Origin: Macrostomum hystrix
Taxonomy: Eukaryota > Animalia > Platyhelminthes
DNA: 64,000 nt
Direction of reading: 5' to 3'
NCBI GenBank assembly: GCA_950097015.1
Contig: CATNEN010000001.1
Coordinates: 6,758,001 to 6,822,000 of the forward strand
The notes beneath the pieces were generated by a model. That model saw nothing but the letters and a program-made list of their open reading frames with translations. It did no database searches and was not told the origin of the DNA. A program made the translations under genes and the position numbers. Below are positions 37,901-50,559 of the stretch, in pieces. Each line of letters opens with the position of its first letter. Position 1 is the first letter of the stretch.

Positions 37901-38149
37901 ATGCATTACAAAATGGGACTTTATTTTTAGGATCCCAAGCATTTAGGAATCTTAGGATCCAACGTTATAAAAAGTAATAATCACTGCTTGTACTTTTCCT
38001 ATTAGAAGGTTGCATGTCTGAAGGACGAACCCAAATCCTGTCTCGATTCTAGCTTTTTAATTCCTCTATGGACCTTGACACGATTCCAATTCGATTCCTG
38101 CATTTCCTATTGAAATATTTTTACGATTCCAATTAGATTCCCGCGATTC

Positions 38150-38540
38150 CTCCACGTACGATTCCTCTTGTGATCTTCGTGCGATTCCTCTTGTGATCTT
38201 CGTGCGATTTCTCTAGGGATCTTCGTGCGATTCCTCTTAGGATCTTCATACGATTCGTCTAGGGATCTTCGTACGATTCGTCTTAGGATCTTCGTACGAT
38301 TACTCTAGGGGGATCTTCGTACGATTACTCTAGGGATCTTCGTACGATTCCTCTAGGGATCTTAATTCGTACGATTCCTCTAGGGATCTTCGTACGATTC
38401 CTCTAGGGATCTTCGTAAGATTCGTCTAGGGATCTTCGTACGATTTATCTAGGGATCTTCATGCGATTCCTCTTATGATCTTCGTGCGATTCCTTTAGGG
38501 ATCTTCGTGCGATTCCTCTAAAGATCTTCGTTCGATTCTA
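38150..38540. repeat. 23-bp minisatellite (CTTCGTACGATTCCTCTAGGGAT)
   Basis: About 16 diverged units just downstream of the GPCR stop codon. Confidence 0.9.
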
Positions 38541-38718
38541 ATGAGATTCGATTAATTCATCTAGCTAGGTTCTTCTTAAGATTCCAGTGTGATTCCTGCA
38601 GTTTTTGCGATTTTTCTTCTGATCATTTTTGAATAGTTAGTATTATATACTCAGTTTGTTATCTTCCAAAACCTACCGTTGATCGATATACAGCTTCTCT
38701 AAAAAATCCTGACGTTAG

Positions 38719-38885
38719 TTACAGTTGAGTCGGATCACTCGGTGTTTTGGCTGCCTGTATATTAGACAGTATTTCCTGGAGTTGAAACTCCTGCTCCTCA
38801 GCTGACGGCTTGATCATGGAATGGCTGCAGACTGTTCCATTACCAGCTAGTTCTCGGTTCTGCCTGCGAACTTCTCGGTTGCCAC
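38719..38885 (-). CDS. TRHR: TRH-receptor-like GPCR, exon 3 (C-terminal tail ending SDPTQL*)
   Basis: AATACAG acceptor. Phase 1 matches exon 2 (T|GT = Cys). Open to TAA at 38721-38719. Confidence 0.7.
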
Positions 38886-39869
38886 CTGTATTGCAGTGCG
38901 AGAAGGAGATTATGCTTATAGTCTGTCTACTATATGGTCCTTGTCACTCTAGTCTATGATCTTTGTCATCACATTGTCTATGGTCCTTGTAATCTTGGGT
39001 TCGGACTTCATAGCTATAGTTTATGGTCTTCGTTATCTAGTAAAATAGGGGGTTAAAACAATTTTAATCTCTAGATTTAGAAGGTTCACGCTTAACTTTA
39101 GGCTCTTTCTTCACCAGTGGAATGGTCGTCTATGGCCAAAAGACACTTAATGCGAGAATCGAGAACCTAAAAATTTGCTATCGATATCGTTCATAAAAGT
39201 ACATTCTGTCTGTCTTTTGGTGTCTATGGCAGAAAAATTGTACGCATAATTATACTTTCACTGGTGCATTGCTAATTTTTTTTGATCCACATTTTAAGTT
39301 GGCGATATAGTAGCTTAATGAATTGTCTCCGTTGAAAGACTTGTCTCGCTCAATACAATTATAATTGAAGTAGATTTTTTGCGCCCGACAACGGCCTAGC
39401 AATTTTCATTAGATCTAATTATACGTATTTCTATAGTCAAAGGATTTCTGCAAATTTGCGTTTGATGATATTGTCTTTTTTAATGCTCTACGAGTATGCA
39501 TGATGATGAATCTCGCGTTTTGAGCGCGTTAATAAGGATTTTTTTTCCAGGAAATGCTCTTTAGAAAGGACCTGCCACTCTACGCATTCATCACGAATAG
39601 CATGATCGATTGTTGTTAATTTTTTATCAAATCATTCTCTCTACCATTTTGCAGCTAACTGAAGCGTTTTCAAAATGGTTCTCGAGGACACTTTAGCGAG
39701 ATGAGATTTTGAAAGCAATTTTCAGTATTTTTGGCAATTGGAATGGATGCAGAATTACCGCAGTTCACATACACACGAGGGAATTATTAAAATTTAGGTG
39801 TCAGAATTTCAGAGGTTCAACTAAAGTCATGCCAATCAAGCGAGCAAAACCCGCTCACGAATAACTTAC

Positions 39870-40101
39870 ATAGGCAGGTGAGGAGGCGTTTAAATTCGCG
39901 CCGAAATTTCACCGACATGGCGTTATAGATGATCGGATTGATGGTCGAATTGACGAAGATCAGGCTGCGACTGATGGCGACGTACCACTCGGAGGCAATG
40001 CGGCGAGTGCTGGGTGCGAAACTGTTGTAAACCACCATGAAACGGTAGGGCAGCCACAGAATGGCAAACATCATCACGACTACGAACAGCATCTTCACCA
40101 C
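39870..40101 (-). CDS. TRHR: TRH-receptor-like GPCR, exon 2 (TM6-TM7)
   Basis: CCTACAG acceptor. VVKMLFVVVMMFAILWLPYRFMVVYNSF...NSTINPIIYNAMSVKFRREF. GTAAGT donor. Confidence 0.88.
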
Positions 40102-41838
40102 CTGTAGGATTTTTTTAATTGGTACATAATTTACATTGCGTTTATAATGTGACATTAGAAAGTATTATTAAGGGTAAGCACGGTCGGAGCTGTTTGCTTG
40201 TGCAGCATCCTTTTATCACGTAACTTAAGTGGATCACGCAACTAGCGCATGCTCGTTGACCTCGTTAAGTCCCGTGCTCGTTAAGTCACGTTGAACTTAT
40301 GCGGATCACGCAACTAGTGCATGCTTGTTGACCTAATAATAGATGCTAAAAATAGCACCAGACAAAACAACTATGTTACATGAAATCATGAATATTATTC
40401 ATTTTCAGTCTGATGCTCTCTATTCGACTGGAATAAAATTCCAAGAGGTTTCCCAATTTAATTCGAAAACACGCGCAGTCTTTGAAGTCTACTGAGGAAG
40501 AAGCGAAGTTAAAAGGAAAAAGAGGCCTTAGGCTTAGAGCAATATGGAGCTATTTATCCTGGGTTAGACCTATCAGGCTTGTGGAATTGTAGATTAGAGA
40601 AAGATATGAAAAAGGAAAAGTGGGGCCTGAGGGCATAACTTATTTGCCTATTTAATTGCTATTCGACTTAAGCATGGGTAACATGGACTATGGGACAGCG
40701 GGCAGTTTGAGAAACGACCTTAGGCAATTTGGCAATGAGTGGTACATTAAGTAGGTCCGGTCCGCCCGGTTATCTCCTAGTGAGTGGAGTCGACCGTTAT
40801 CACCTCCACCGTCGCCTCCATCGTCACATTCGACGAAAACTGACTGATGTAGTCCACTCCAATCTTCAGTCCTAATCTAGAGCCGGCCTGAAGGAGCCTC
40901 TCCTTACAGGGGAGCGCACACACGAGAGAGAGAGAGAGAAAGAGCGAGAGAGAAATGAGGGAGAGAGAAACGAAGAAAGTGAAAGAGCGTGAAACCTGAA
41001 GAGGGTCGGCTGGAGCGGGTTGGCAAAGCTTCGTCCATATCAGTGGAGTGACTGGCATGTATACATATGCCGGCAGGCATGCAGTATATACTAAAAAATC
41101 CAGTCGCAAAGAAAAAGATGGCTATGCGCTGGTGTGTAAGGTCCAGAGTTTTCCTTTCAAGTGTTCTCAAGTCAGCTTCGAAGATCTGCTCAGTACTGCT
41201 CTCCGTATTTCCCATCTATCCTATGTCTGTCTTCTACATTCTTCCCTAACTTCTGTTTGTCAGATCTTTGACTAGATGAGAATACTTAACCGCTTCTGAA
41301 TGATTGATTGTCTGGCTTAGTTGAAGTATAATTAGGAACATCAAAATATTTCGATTATAAATTGAGATTTGATGCGGCACATTGAAAATTGATTTCAGAA
41401 TTATTCCCAAGGAATCCTTAGCAAACTACAATGAGTTACTAACCATATGCATGTGTCAATATAGGATTTAATAGTCTTTGTTTTTTAGTTCCATAGACAT
41501 TTAAGCAAGAAAAACGAAGTAATGAGTACTGGTGTAATCACGATATCTCTCGTAGATGGTCTCGTCCATAGACTATAGACATTTATCTACTCAAAGCGAA
41601 ATTGCGCAAAATGTCATTATGTGCCCGCTAATTTTTGTGCTCAGAAATTTAAGAATCAGAAACCGAACAAAAAGTTAACATGGGTGTATTTTAGCACTAA
41701 GAAACATTTTTAGAACTAAAAAATGTGAAAACGAAAAACAAGCAACGTTCTTCAGTCATTCAGCATATACTCCACGTTAGTCACTTGTAAAGGCGGACAG
41801 AAGACTCACAGGTAGATCGAAAGCTTTGTACCATTTTT

Positions 41839-43233
41839 CTACAGAACTACAGTAGGCTTCGGTTCGCAGTGTGGCTTGTTGGCTTCGGATTCAGACTTCT
41901 TGCACTCGGCAGTCTGTGTAACAATCTCCACCATGCGCTCACCCGCCTCAGCAGCATATGCCGACTTCTTGACAATAGCATGTTCAACAACGGAATCTGG
42001 CGTCTCAACTCTTGCCGTTCGGCACAGTAAGTTCTCTGAAATCATTCGGCTCAGACCTCTCTTTTGACCCAAGGAGAGTACCTTCGTGTACCTCTGCACA
42101 GACTCGGCATTTTTGTGTCCGGATACAACTTGAATGTGCCGGACAGGCACATCACGGGCGGCAAGGTCAGTTATGACTGTTGGTCGAATGCAGTGATTAG
42201 TGTAGCATTTTGATAAGCCAGCCCGCATGGAAATCGTTTTCATCATGGAATCCAGTGTGTTTTTGCCCAACACCTCCTTGGTGCAGTACCATTCACCAAT
42301 CTGCCACTTCGGGGGCGAGGGAACAGCGCTGTTCCCCCTGCCGGTAGCCTGCTTAGGTAGAGCTTCAGCGCCTGAACGGAGCATTTTGGGTCGCCAGGCA
42401 GCGCGAAAATTCCAATCTGCTTCATGCTTCCAGGACTGACAGCTTTCACACACTTCTCCTTTTTCTCCTTCAGCAGATCAACGAATTCCACGCCACTGGC
42501 ATCCTTCCCGAAGACAATGTCTTTCCTGTCTAGTCCCCGGATCGCCTCCCTGCCACGGAAAGCAAAGTGTGACATGAGCAGGTAAAACACCTCGTCTTGC
42601 AGAGTCGTCGGGGTGGATGGGTCAAAGTACGACTGTAGTTGCGCCTTGTCCTCATCTTCGATGGCTGAAAGCCGGAGGACACTAAAGTAGTCTGCTTCTG
42701 GCGAAGGCTTCTAGTTATTGCCGCCTTGTAGGTTGTATCGAATTGAGCAATAAGCTGCATGGATTCCCAATGATACCAGTTCCTACGGTAGATAGCAGGT
42801 GTCTGTGCAGACTGGCGCGAATGCAGGCCAAAGATGGTGGAGCGTAATTTGAACCGTCAGCCTTTCGCAGCCTCACGAAAAACTGTCGCAAATATTCAAT
42901 AAGATATTTCGTCGGAATGTCTCTCATCGCAACAGCAACGCCAACGTCGTTCTTCAGGAAGGCTTCAAACTTTGCGACGTGCTGAGTAGTTTGTGCAGCC
43001 GTAGATTTCACTTCAGCATCAGACTCCGCATCCTGCACTTCCTTCAATTGCTCCTCGGTGAGTGTAGAGTCCTCACAATCAAATCCCATCAAATCGCTTG
43101 CCTGCGCTGCAGTAAGTGCGGCATGCGAGCCGACTTTGTCGCTTGGAGCAAACGCAGAGGAGAAAACAAAGTCGACCTCTTCTTTTGTTAGGCCACAGAT
43201 GTCTTCTTCTTCTATCTTGTCCCAGCGTATCAT
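41839..43233 (-). pseudogene. Crypton-like tyrosine recombinase (DUF3504-type), frameshifted, inside GPCR intron 1
   Basis: Four overlapping ORF pieces: LRQFFVRLRKADGSNYAPPSL..IRASLHRHL; TPTTLQDEVFY..FAFRGRE (catalytic R); WYCTKEVLGKNTLDSMMKTIS; YTNHCIRPTVITDL..VSGHKNAESVQRY (HxxR, H, Y). Confidence 0.85.
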
Positions 43234-43824
43234 GTTTGTGTGTCGACGCGAATATTAAAACATAGAAGAGCCCAACTGGTCTGTCTGGGAAGCTCGTCCA
43301 CTCAACTACTTTAACTACGAAGAATTCGTCTATGGTCAAAAGCCTCACTAGCACTCTAGCCACGGCAGAGATTTAGCGCATCCAACAAAAAAAATCCGTC
43401 CACTTTTTCCTCCGATTTTTCTTAATTACCCTACACCTAATGTATGCCTATAGTGCTGTGACTCGATACGCTTTTCGAGTGTCCTCGTTGCCATATTTAG
43501 TGGAGTCTTAGCATTTTTCCTTGCATTTTTCCTTACAATAACTAATGGGAAAGAGTATTAAAATCTGTCTTATACCTGAACCTGTGGACTGCTCACAGTC
43601 TATGAGCTTGTCTAAATAAATTAAATTTTTGTTTAACTAGAACAATGCAGAAAACAATAAAGTCATAATAATTAAATTGGATAAACGTGTCACAATTGAT
43701 TAATCGTGTTCAGATGCATTGTTTCATTATTCTCTGCCAAGTGGCGTTAAGCTTTAGAAATGAGCCTTCTTTTATTAAGCTAAACCCTATTTTATATGTG
43801 CTGGCGGAAATTAAACAATGGAAC

Positions 43825-44062
43825 TTTACCGGTTGGGTGCCGAGCAAGTTAATGGCGGTCGATCGAGGCGCGTAGCGCCGAGATCGTAATCGCCATTAAC
43901 TGCGAGGCAGCCAACCGGTAAAAGCATTATAAGGCTTCAGGCCATAGACAAATCAACTCCCCCTATAACGCTATCTGGCGGCTGTCGGTCGACAAGCAAC
44001 GGCGTTATAGGGGGGGTTGATTTGTCTATGGCCTGAAGCCTTATAATGCTTTTACCGGTTGG
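43825..44062. other. Overlapping inverted repeats (two mutually exclusive hairpins) upstream of the Crypton ORF
   Basis: Hairpin A spans 43825-43922 with apex GGCGC-GTA-GCGCC. Hairpin B has arms 43911-43971 and 44002-44062 (60/61 match). CCAACCGGTAAA is shared by both. Confidence 0.9.
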
Positions 44063-45404
44063 TAAAATATAAGCGTCCAAATTTAGTCAGCTTCTGGCTC
44101 ATGGCGGATTGGCGCAGTTTGTGCCATAGACATGCCATTATCGCTGAGTGATCGTTTATACTATAATACGTTGCTGAAGCCTTATAATGACTATAAAGTG
44201 ATTTTTTAATTAGCTATGCTGCAACTAAAAAACGTGACCATAGTGAAGAAATATCGATTTTTTTACAAACCTGTAGCTTAGTTTTCATTAGAGCTTTCTT
44301 TTCATTTCTTTTGTGCCCAAGTAACTGAAGGCATATCTGTATAGTTGCAGACGCTGATCGATTTGAGAAGTGCAAGTTCAACTACAAAGGTGTGAGTCAG
44401 AATCTAATTATGGATGTTTTTTTACTTAATTTCGACCAGAAAGCACAGTAAACAGGCTTCACATTAGGAAAACCGCGGTGGAGCGATGAGAAGATTAATG
44501 AGTTTGCAGAGACACAAGCAATTATTAAGCAAAAACACATCCATCCAATGTTAAATTATTGCTATTGATAAATCATACACGCCTGGTAGTTAATAAGATT
44601 AGGTGAAACACGATTGAACAAAAAATTTCTACCTTTAGTCTTTGAAGTAGCAGAAAAATAATCAGTCAAGAGCATTGACTAATTAGTTCCTGCTTCCCTG
44701 GAGGAGTTAACGTCATTTCAGGAAGACAACCCGCAGGTTTGAAAATTCTGAAGACGTCTGGGTGAGAAATGACAGAAGCCAGAGGCAGGAAGGGTTGAGT
44801 TTTAATTCTTTCTTTTCCTTGCCGTTACCTTAATTAGCTGAATTTAGTGTAATTTTTCTTGTTATACGATTCAACACAGGTGAAATTGTAGCAGCACCAT
44901 CTGGTAATCATTCATACTGATGCACCCAACGGTAAACTCATCTAGAAGTTCGTCAATTTCTGCTGCCATTTCAAGGCTATAATATACATCAACCAGATTT
45001 GAACTGGCTTATCGAAGTTTCCATAATGATAGATCGTATAGAGTTTCTTGATCTTGTATTTAAGCATGTCAGGTAGTAAAACTTGTGAACTACAACTAAA
45101 TAGCAGTACAAGTCTCTACCCTCAGGGCAATCTATATACCATCAGTCAGTGTCTGCGTTTCCATCACTGCGCCACTGGCACCTGTTTAACAAGGCATGAA
45201 AGAATTGGACGTGACCTTCAGTCAAAACGATAGTTACGCGCACCATCAGTTTCTTGGGTTTAACCAATCAATCCAAAATCAGCCAAGCTATCTATATAGG
45301 ACCTACTAGATTTTAAAGGAAATTCTATAACTCGAAAGATCCGTGAATTAATCAAGAAAGTTTAGGATAAATTTTCCGACTAAAATATTAATGAATAAAG
45401 TCGA

Positions 45405-45625
45405 TAAAGCGACTAGAAGGTCGGGGGTTCGATTCCCGGCTTCACTGGATGAAACTTAACTCTGGATTGCTTGTTTCAGTTCAGCCAGCTGTTAAACGGG
45501 TACCAGCATGAGCTCGGGTAATTGAGAGTGGGTGTGGCATCCCCCAGTCCATGGACTGAACTGTCGCAATAGCTGCGGCTGTGCTGTCGGCTGCACATCT
45601 GGCCCAATCGAGGCAGGTGAAATTA
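45405..45625 (+). mobile_element. 5'-truncated tRNA-derived SINE (second family)
   Basis: B-box GGGTTCGATTCCC followed by a GC-richer body with CAGCTGTTAAACGGGTACC, a motif reminiscent of animal SINE central domains. No second copy in the window. Confidence 0.5.
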
Positions 45626-46764
45626 ATGAATATTGCGATAATTATTATTCAGTCAGTTTGTAATGTACTTTGAAGTGTGGTAAGCTTTGATTGGTCCGAA
45701 TACCATAGTTCCCGTAGAAAAAATCTGCCACATAGTATCGACATTGGCAATTCAATTAGACTGTTCATTTTCCTGCATAAAAGGCATGCTAAAAATCTGA
45801 CATTGTACCAGGCAACTAGGTTCCAATCAATATTTAACGAGTTTCAGCACTTAACAATAATTTAACAGAAACCTGAACTGCACATTAACGTCACTCAATC
45901 AGTCTTAATAGACTTTCACGGATCCGAACATTCGATATTTGCTAATCCCATAACTATAGGGATTAGCCAATGCGTTTGAGTCTACAAAATTGAACGGAGA
46001 ATCAGGCACGCATTGCTTAGAAAGACTATTAAAGATAGTGTTGGTTGCTGGGCATGTTTTTGATCCCATAGATTTGTCTAATCGGTTGGCTGCAGACTGT
46101 TTGCCCAAATCCCCACCGGGGGGATGCTGGAGGTGGGATTTTCGATGCTTTGGATATGCGGGAGAGAGGCGTGGCAATTTCAGAAAGGATTTTAGCACTT
46201 TTTTCGGGCATGGAGATGGAGGATGGGGTTGGGCTAGGATTAGTGCAATGGGCAGTGGGATGAGACAGAATTGTGGAGGGATAATATCTATGTCGATATA
46301 GATGCATGCGGGGCATGGGCACATGCAGTATTGATTTTAACTTCTATTATGAAAGAAGTCGCAGATAGACACGCATTTGAAAATGCAACCAACCAGCAGA
46401 ACACAGGGGACGGCTATTCAAGGATTACTGCATGGGATTGTCTGCAAAATTTAGCATCTCTATAAATAAATAATGCTATGCTATCCCATCAATTTCACCG
46501 ATCCAAATCCCCTGCCAGATAAAAATCCTCATCTCCTTAAATTTTCATCCTCTTATCTTCTAGCTTGTCTTCAAAACGGATCAACTTTAGACATGAATAA
46601 GTTCGCGAATTTATTTCGATTGCGAATTAACAAAGCTTATTCTTCGATCTGACGTGCTACTTAGGTACTCATCGTTTATGGTTAATAAAATATTCTGCTA
46701 GAAAAAGTTAAAAAAGTTATATCTCCTAACAATTTGATTTAGAAATCATAAAAGTTACAAATCG

Positions 46765-47470
46765 TTAGATCTAAAAATCGTTAAATCTAAAAATCGTTAA
46801 ATATACAATCGGTAATTCTACAAATCGTTAGATCTACAAATCGTTAGATCTACAAATCGGTACATTAAAAAATCATCGAATCTACAAACCGTTAAATCTA
46901 CAAATCGTTAAATATACAATCGGTAATTCTACAAATCGTTAGATCTACAAATCGTTAGATCTACAAATCGGTACATTAAAAAATCATCGAATCTACAAAC
47001 CGTTAAATCTACAAATCGTTAAATATACAATCGGTAATTCTACAAATCGTTAGATCTACAAATCGTTAGATCTACAAATCGGTACATTAAAAAATCATCG
47101 AATCTACAAACCGTTAAATCTACAAATCGTTAAATCTACAAATCGTTAAATCTACAAATCGTTAAATCTACAAATCGTTAGATCTACAAATCGATAAATC
47201 TACAAATCGATAAATCTACCAATCATTAAATTTACAAATCGATAAATCTACAAATGGTTAATCTACAAACCGTTAAATCTACAAATCGTTAAATCTACAA
47301 ATCGTTAGATCTACAAATCGTTAGATCTACAAATCGTTAATCTACAAATCGTTAAATCTACAAATCGTTAAATCTACAAATCGTTAAATCTACAAATCGT
47401 TAAATCTACAAACCGTTAAATCTACAAATCATTAAATTAACAAATCGTTAATCTACAAATCGGTAAATCA
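46765..47470. repeat. 16-bp minisatellite (TCTACAAATCGTTAAA) with a 111-bp higher-order repeat (3 copies)
   Basis: ATATACAATCGG recurs at 46801, 46912 and 47023. Confidence 0.92.
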
Positions 47471-48200
47471 GCAGTTTTTACAAATCGGGAAATCTACAAA
47501 TCGTTACGTTTACAAAGCGTAACTTTCTAGGAAGCAAATCTCGAAAGCAGATTAAAACTCCGAGGCATTCAGAGAGGGAAAAAAAGCAGTTTTTAATTCC
47601 AAAAAGAGAATAAAACATATTTTGACGAAATTCTTGGAAAAAGTGAAATCGGCAACACCTATTCTTTCTTAGAAAAGCTCTCCTTTCCAAGAAAGCCTAG
47701 AAAAATGCAATTATCTCCGGGGCTTATGCCGCATCTCCCAGTTGGGACTAGATTAAAATCGCAGGCACACGATCCAGAACCGAATTTTCTAGCAATAAGA
47801 AACTGGCACATCCTTTTCTCCAAGAGAGAGGTTTGTGGAAATGGAAATCCTACTTTTTTTCGGAAAAATATTATGATAAAGGCTTAAAGGAAGAAGGCAA
47901 CAGGCAGTTAGACAATGAATGCAGCATCGGATGCTGAACAACCGTTTGAACTGTTTTCTATTTATTATCTAACTTTTTTATCTGCTTTTGCTTTTGCAGT
48001 TCGGAACCGGTTTAGGATTCGGTTCCTTCTATGGGGGCATTTTGTTTTTTGAAGTGACAGCTCACTGACAGCAGGGCTAGGGCTAGTGACAACCGGAAAG
48101 GCAGAAAATGTTTTCACCCAGCACTCATTGCTAGGATGAGTTTTCATAAAAAATATTGGAAAGTCTATTGTTGCTAAGGCTAGTGTAGCGGTGCTATTGT

Positions 48201-48630
<430 letters not shown>

Positions 48631-49254
48631 ATGTACCCACAGCATGTTAATCCTAATCACATTTTCAGAGAAGCCTAACAAGTGCCGCAGCTTCATCAGC
48701 ATGCAGCAGGTGTCCCAGCCGCTGACGCAAAGTCAGTCCCAAATCTGTTTTTTCCTTCTCTCTCCGTCGTTCCTTTACTCTTTAAGACGAACGAAATCAT
48801 GCGTGACCAACAGACTGAGTTGTATCCATCTGCTTTGCATAGCAGACATTACCTGCACTCAGCAACATGCGATGCAAGGATTAACAAGAAGAGAAAAACC
48901 AAGGAAAGCTAGAATTAGTTGGTAGTACTAGGGAAAGGACTGGACTGAACTCTATGCAGAGACGGCCCCTCATTGACCAAGGCAGGGAAGCCTACACGCG
49001 TCAAGGAAAACAATGATCCCATGACTAACCCAACAACCGCACACCACTACCCAGAATTAGCTTTCAAATCCCTACAGGCAGTAAATGTGATCATGTACTC
49101 ACGAAAGCTTTGTGTCGAGCTATTAGTTTTGTAATCTAAGCAGCTTTTTGATGCTTCTCACGAAAGGCACAAATATCCCATCCTTATTGCATGCCTTTTG
49201 ATCGTGAGTCCATACATCAGAAATCAGTGACGGTCACCCTCAAACTAACTGCCT

Positions 49255-49590
49255 CACTGCCTCCCTCACTGCCACTCTCACCCTGTCTCCCTCACTGCCA
49301 CTCTCAGCCTCACTGCCACTCTCACCCTGTCTCTCTCACTGCCACTCTCAGCCTCACTGCCACTCTCACCCTGTCTCCCTAACTGCCACTCTCACCCTGT
49401 CTCCCTAACTGCCACTCTCACCCTGTCTCCCTCACTGCCACTCTCAGCCTCACTGCCACTCTCACCCTCACTGCCACTCTCACCCTGTCTCCCTCACTGC
49501 CACTCTCACCCTGTCTCCCTCACTGCCACTCTCAGCCTCACTGCCACTCTCACCCTCGCTGCCACTCTCACCCTCACTGCGACTCTCACC
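49255..49590. repeat. 18/26-bp minisatellite (CTCACTGCCACTCTCACC[CTGTCTCC])
   Basis: Tandem units. Confidence 0.9.
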
Positions 49591-49910
49591 CAATATCAGA
49601 CTGTCGCATGCCCACTCAAGCATGAGTATCGCAGTTCTAAATTGAAAATAATAATTCTCCTCGATCATAGGCCGAGCCGCCGCACCCAATGCATCCATTT
49701 ATCACCCTGAGTTAGACGGGTGATATTTTTGCTGCGCTTCATCTCACCGCGCCTACACCAAATCCGTGTCTGCTTGTTGAATAGCGGGAAAAATATACCC
49801 TCCAGAAAATAAAGAAAAATACGTAAAAATTATTCAAATCATCGTTTCACATCAATTGTTTGTGTGTGTTTTAGGCTTACAAAAAAATCCGCTAAAGAAT
49901 ACTATAAAAT

Positions 49911-49936
49911 TATCTATCTATCTATCTATCTATCTG

Positions 49937-49998
<62 letters not shown>
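49911..49998. repeat. (TATC)n microsatellite
   Basis: Directly visible. Confidence 0.95.
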
Positions 49999-50559
49999 AA
50001 TTTAAACATAAACACAATGCAATGCTTCTGTTTTTCTATTCCCAATTGGCTAACCTCGAAAGCTAGATTTCCCATTCCTTAAGTTGGACTCAGTTTATTC
50101 GATTTTGGGTTAACCAACTCGCTTAAATTATAATTGTGCTAACATCGACCCGGTTGACGAAAGTATTCGCTTCGCAAATTCTTTTAGTGATTTTAACCAT
50201 TGAGTCCTTTGCAGTTTACAGCTTATTGTAGGTACTGCTTCAAGCGTAAGAATCATTGGAGCATTTTTTTCTAATAGCGCATTTCGTGAAAATCCCGTTG
50301 CCCTGTCCCGTCTTTTCCCCGTTAACATTTTCCTCATCTCAAGCATTTGCTCAATCATTTCTCTAGGCTAATTCGCGCAAGATTATGCCCACCTGTAGCA
50401 CCTGATAATCCCAAATCCTTTGATGTCCCTCTATGCACCCGTGAATACTAGATGCAAATGAACCTGTTTAACAAGCCAAAACTGCTCACGAAAGATTAGA
50501 GGAGCACTTGAGCTGTTAGCGGTGTCTAACAGATTGGATATATGTATCTAACTGATGGA

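Noticed and set aside
45905-46324. 139-aa minus-strand ORF with a chitin-binding-like CPATNTIFNSLSKQC stretch
   Set aside because: Only two of the expected six cysteines are present, with no signal peptide or splice support.
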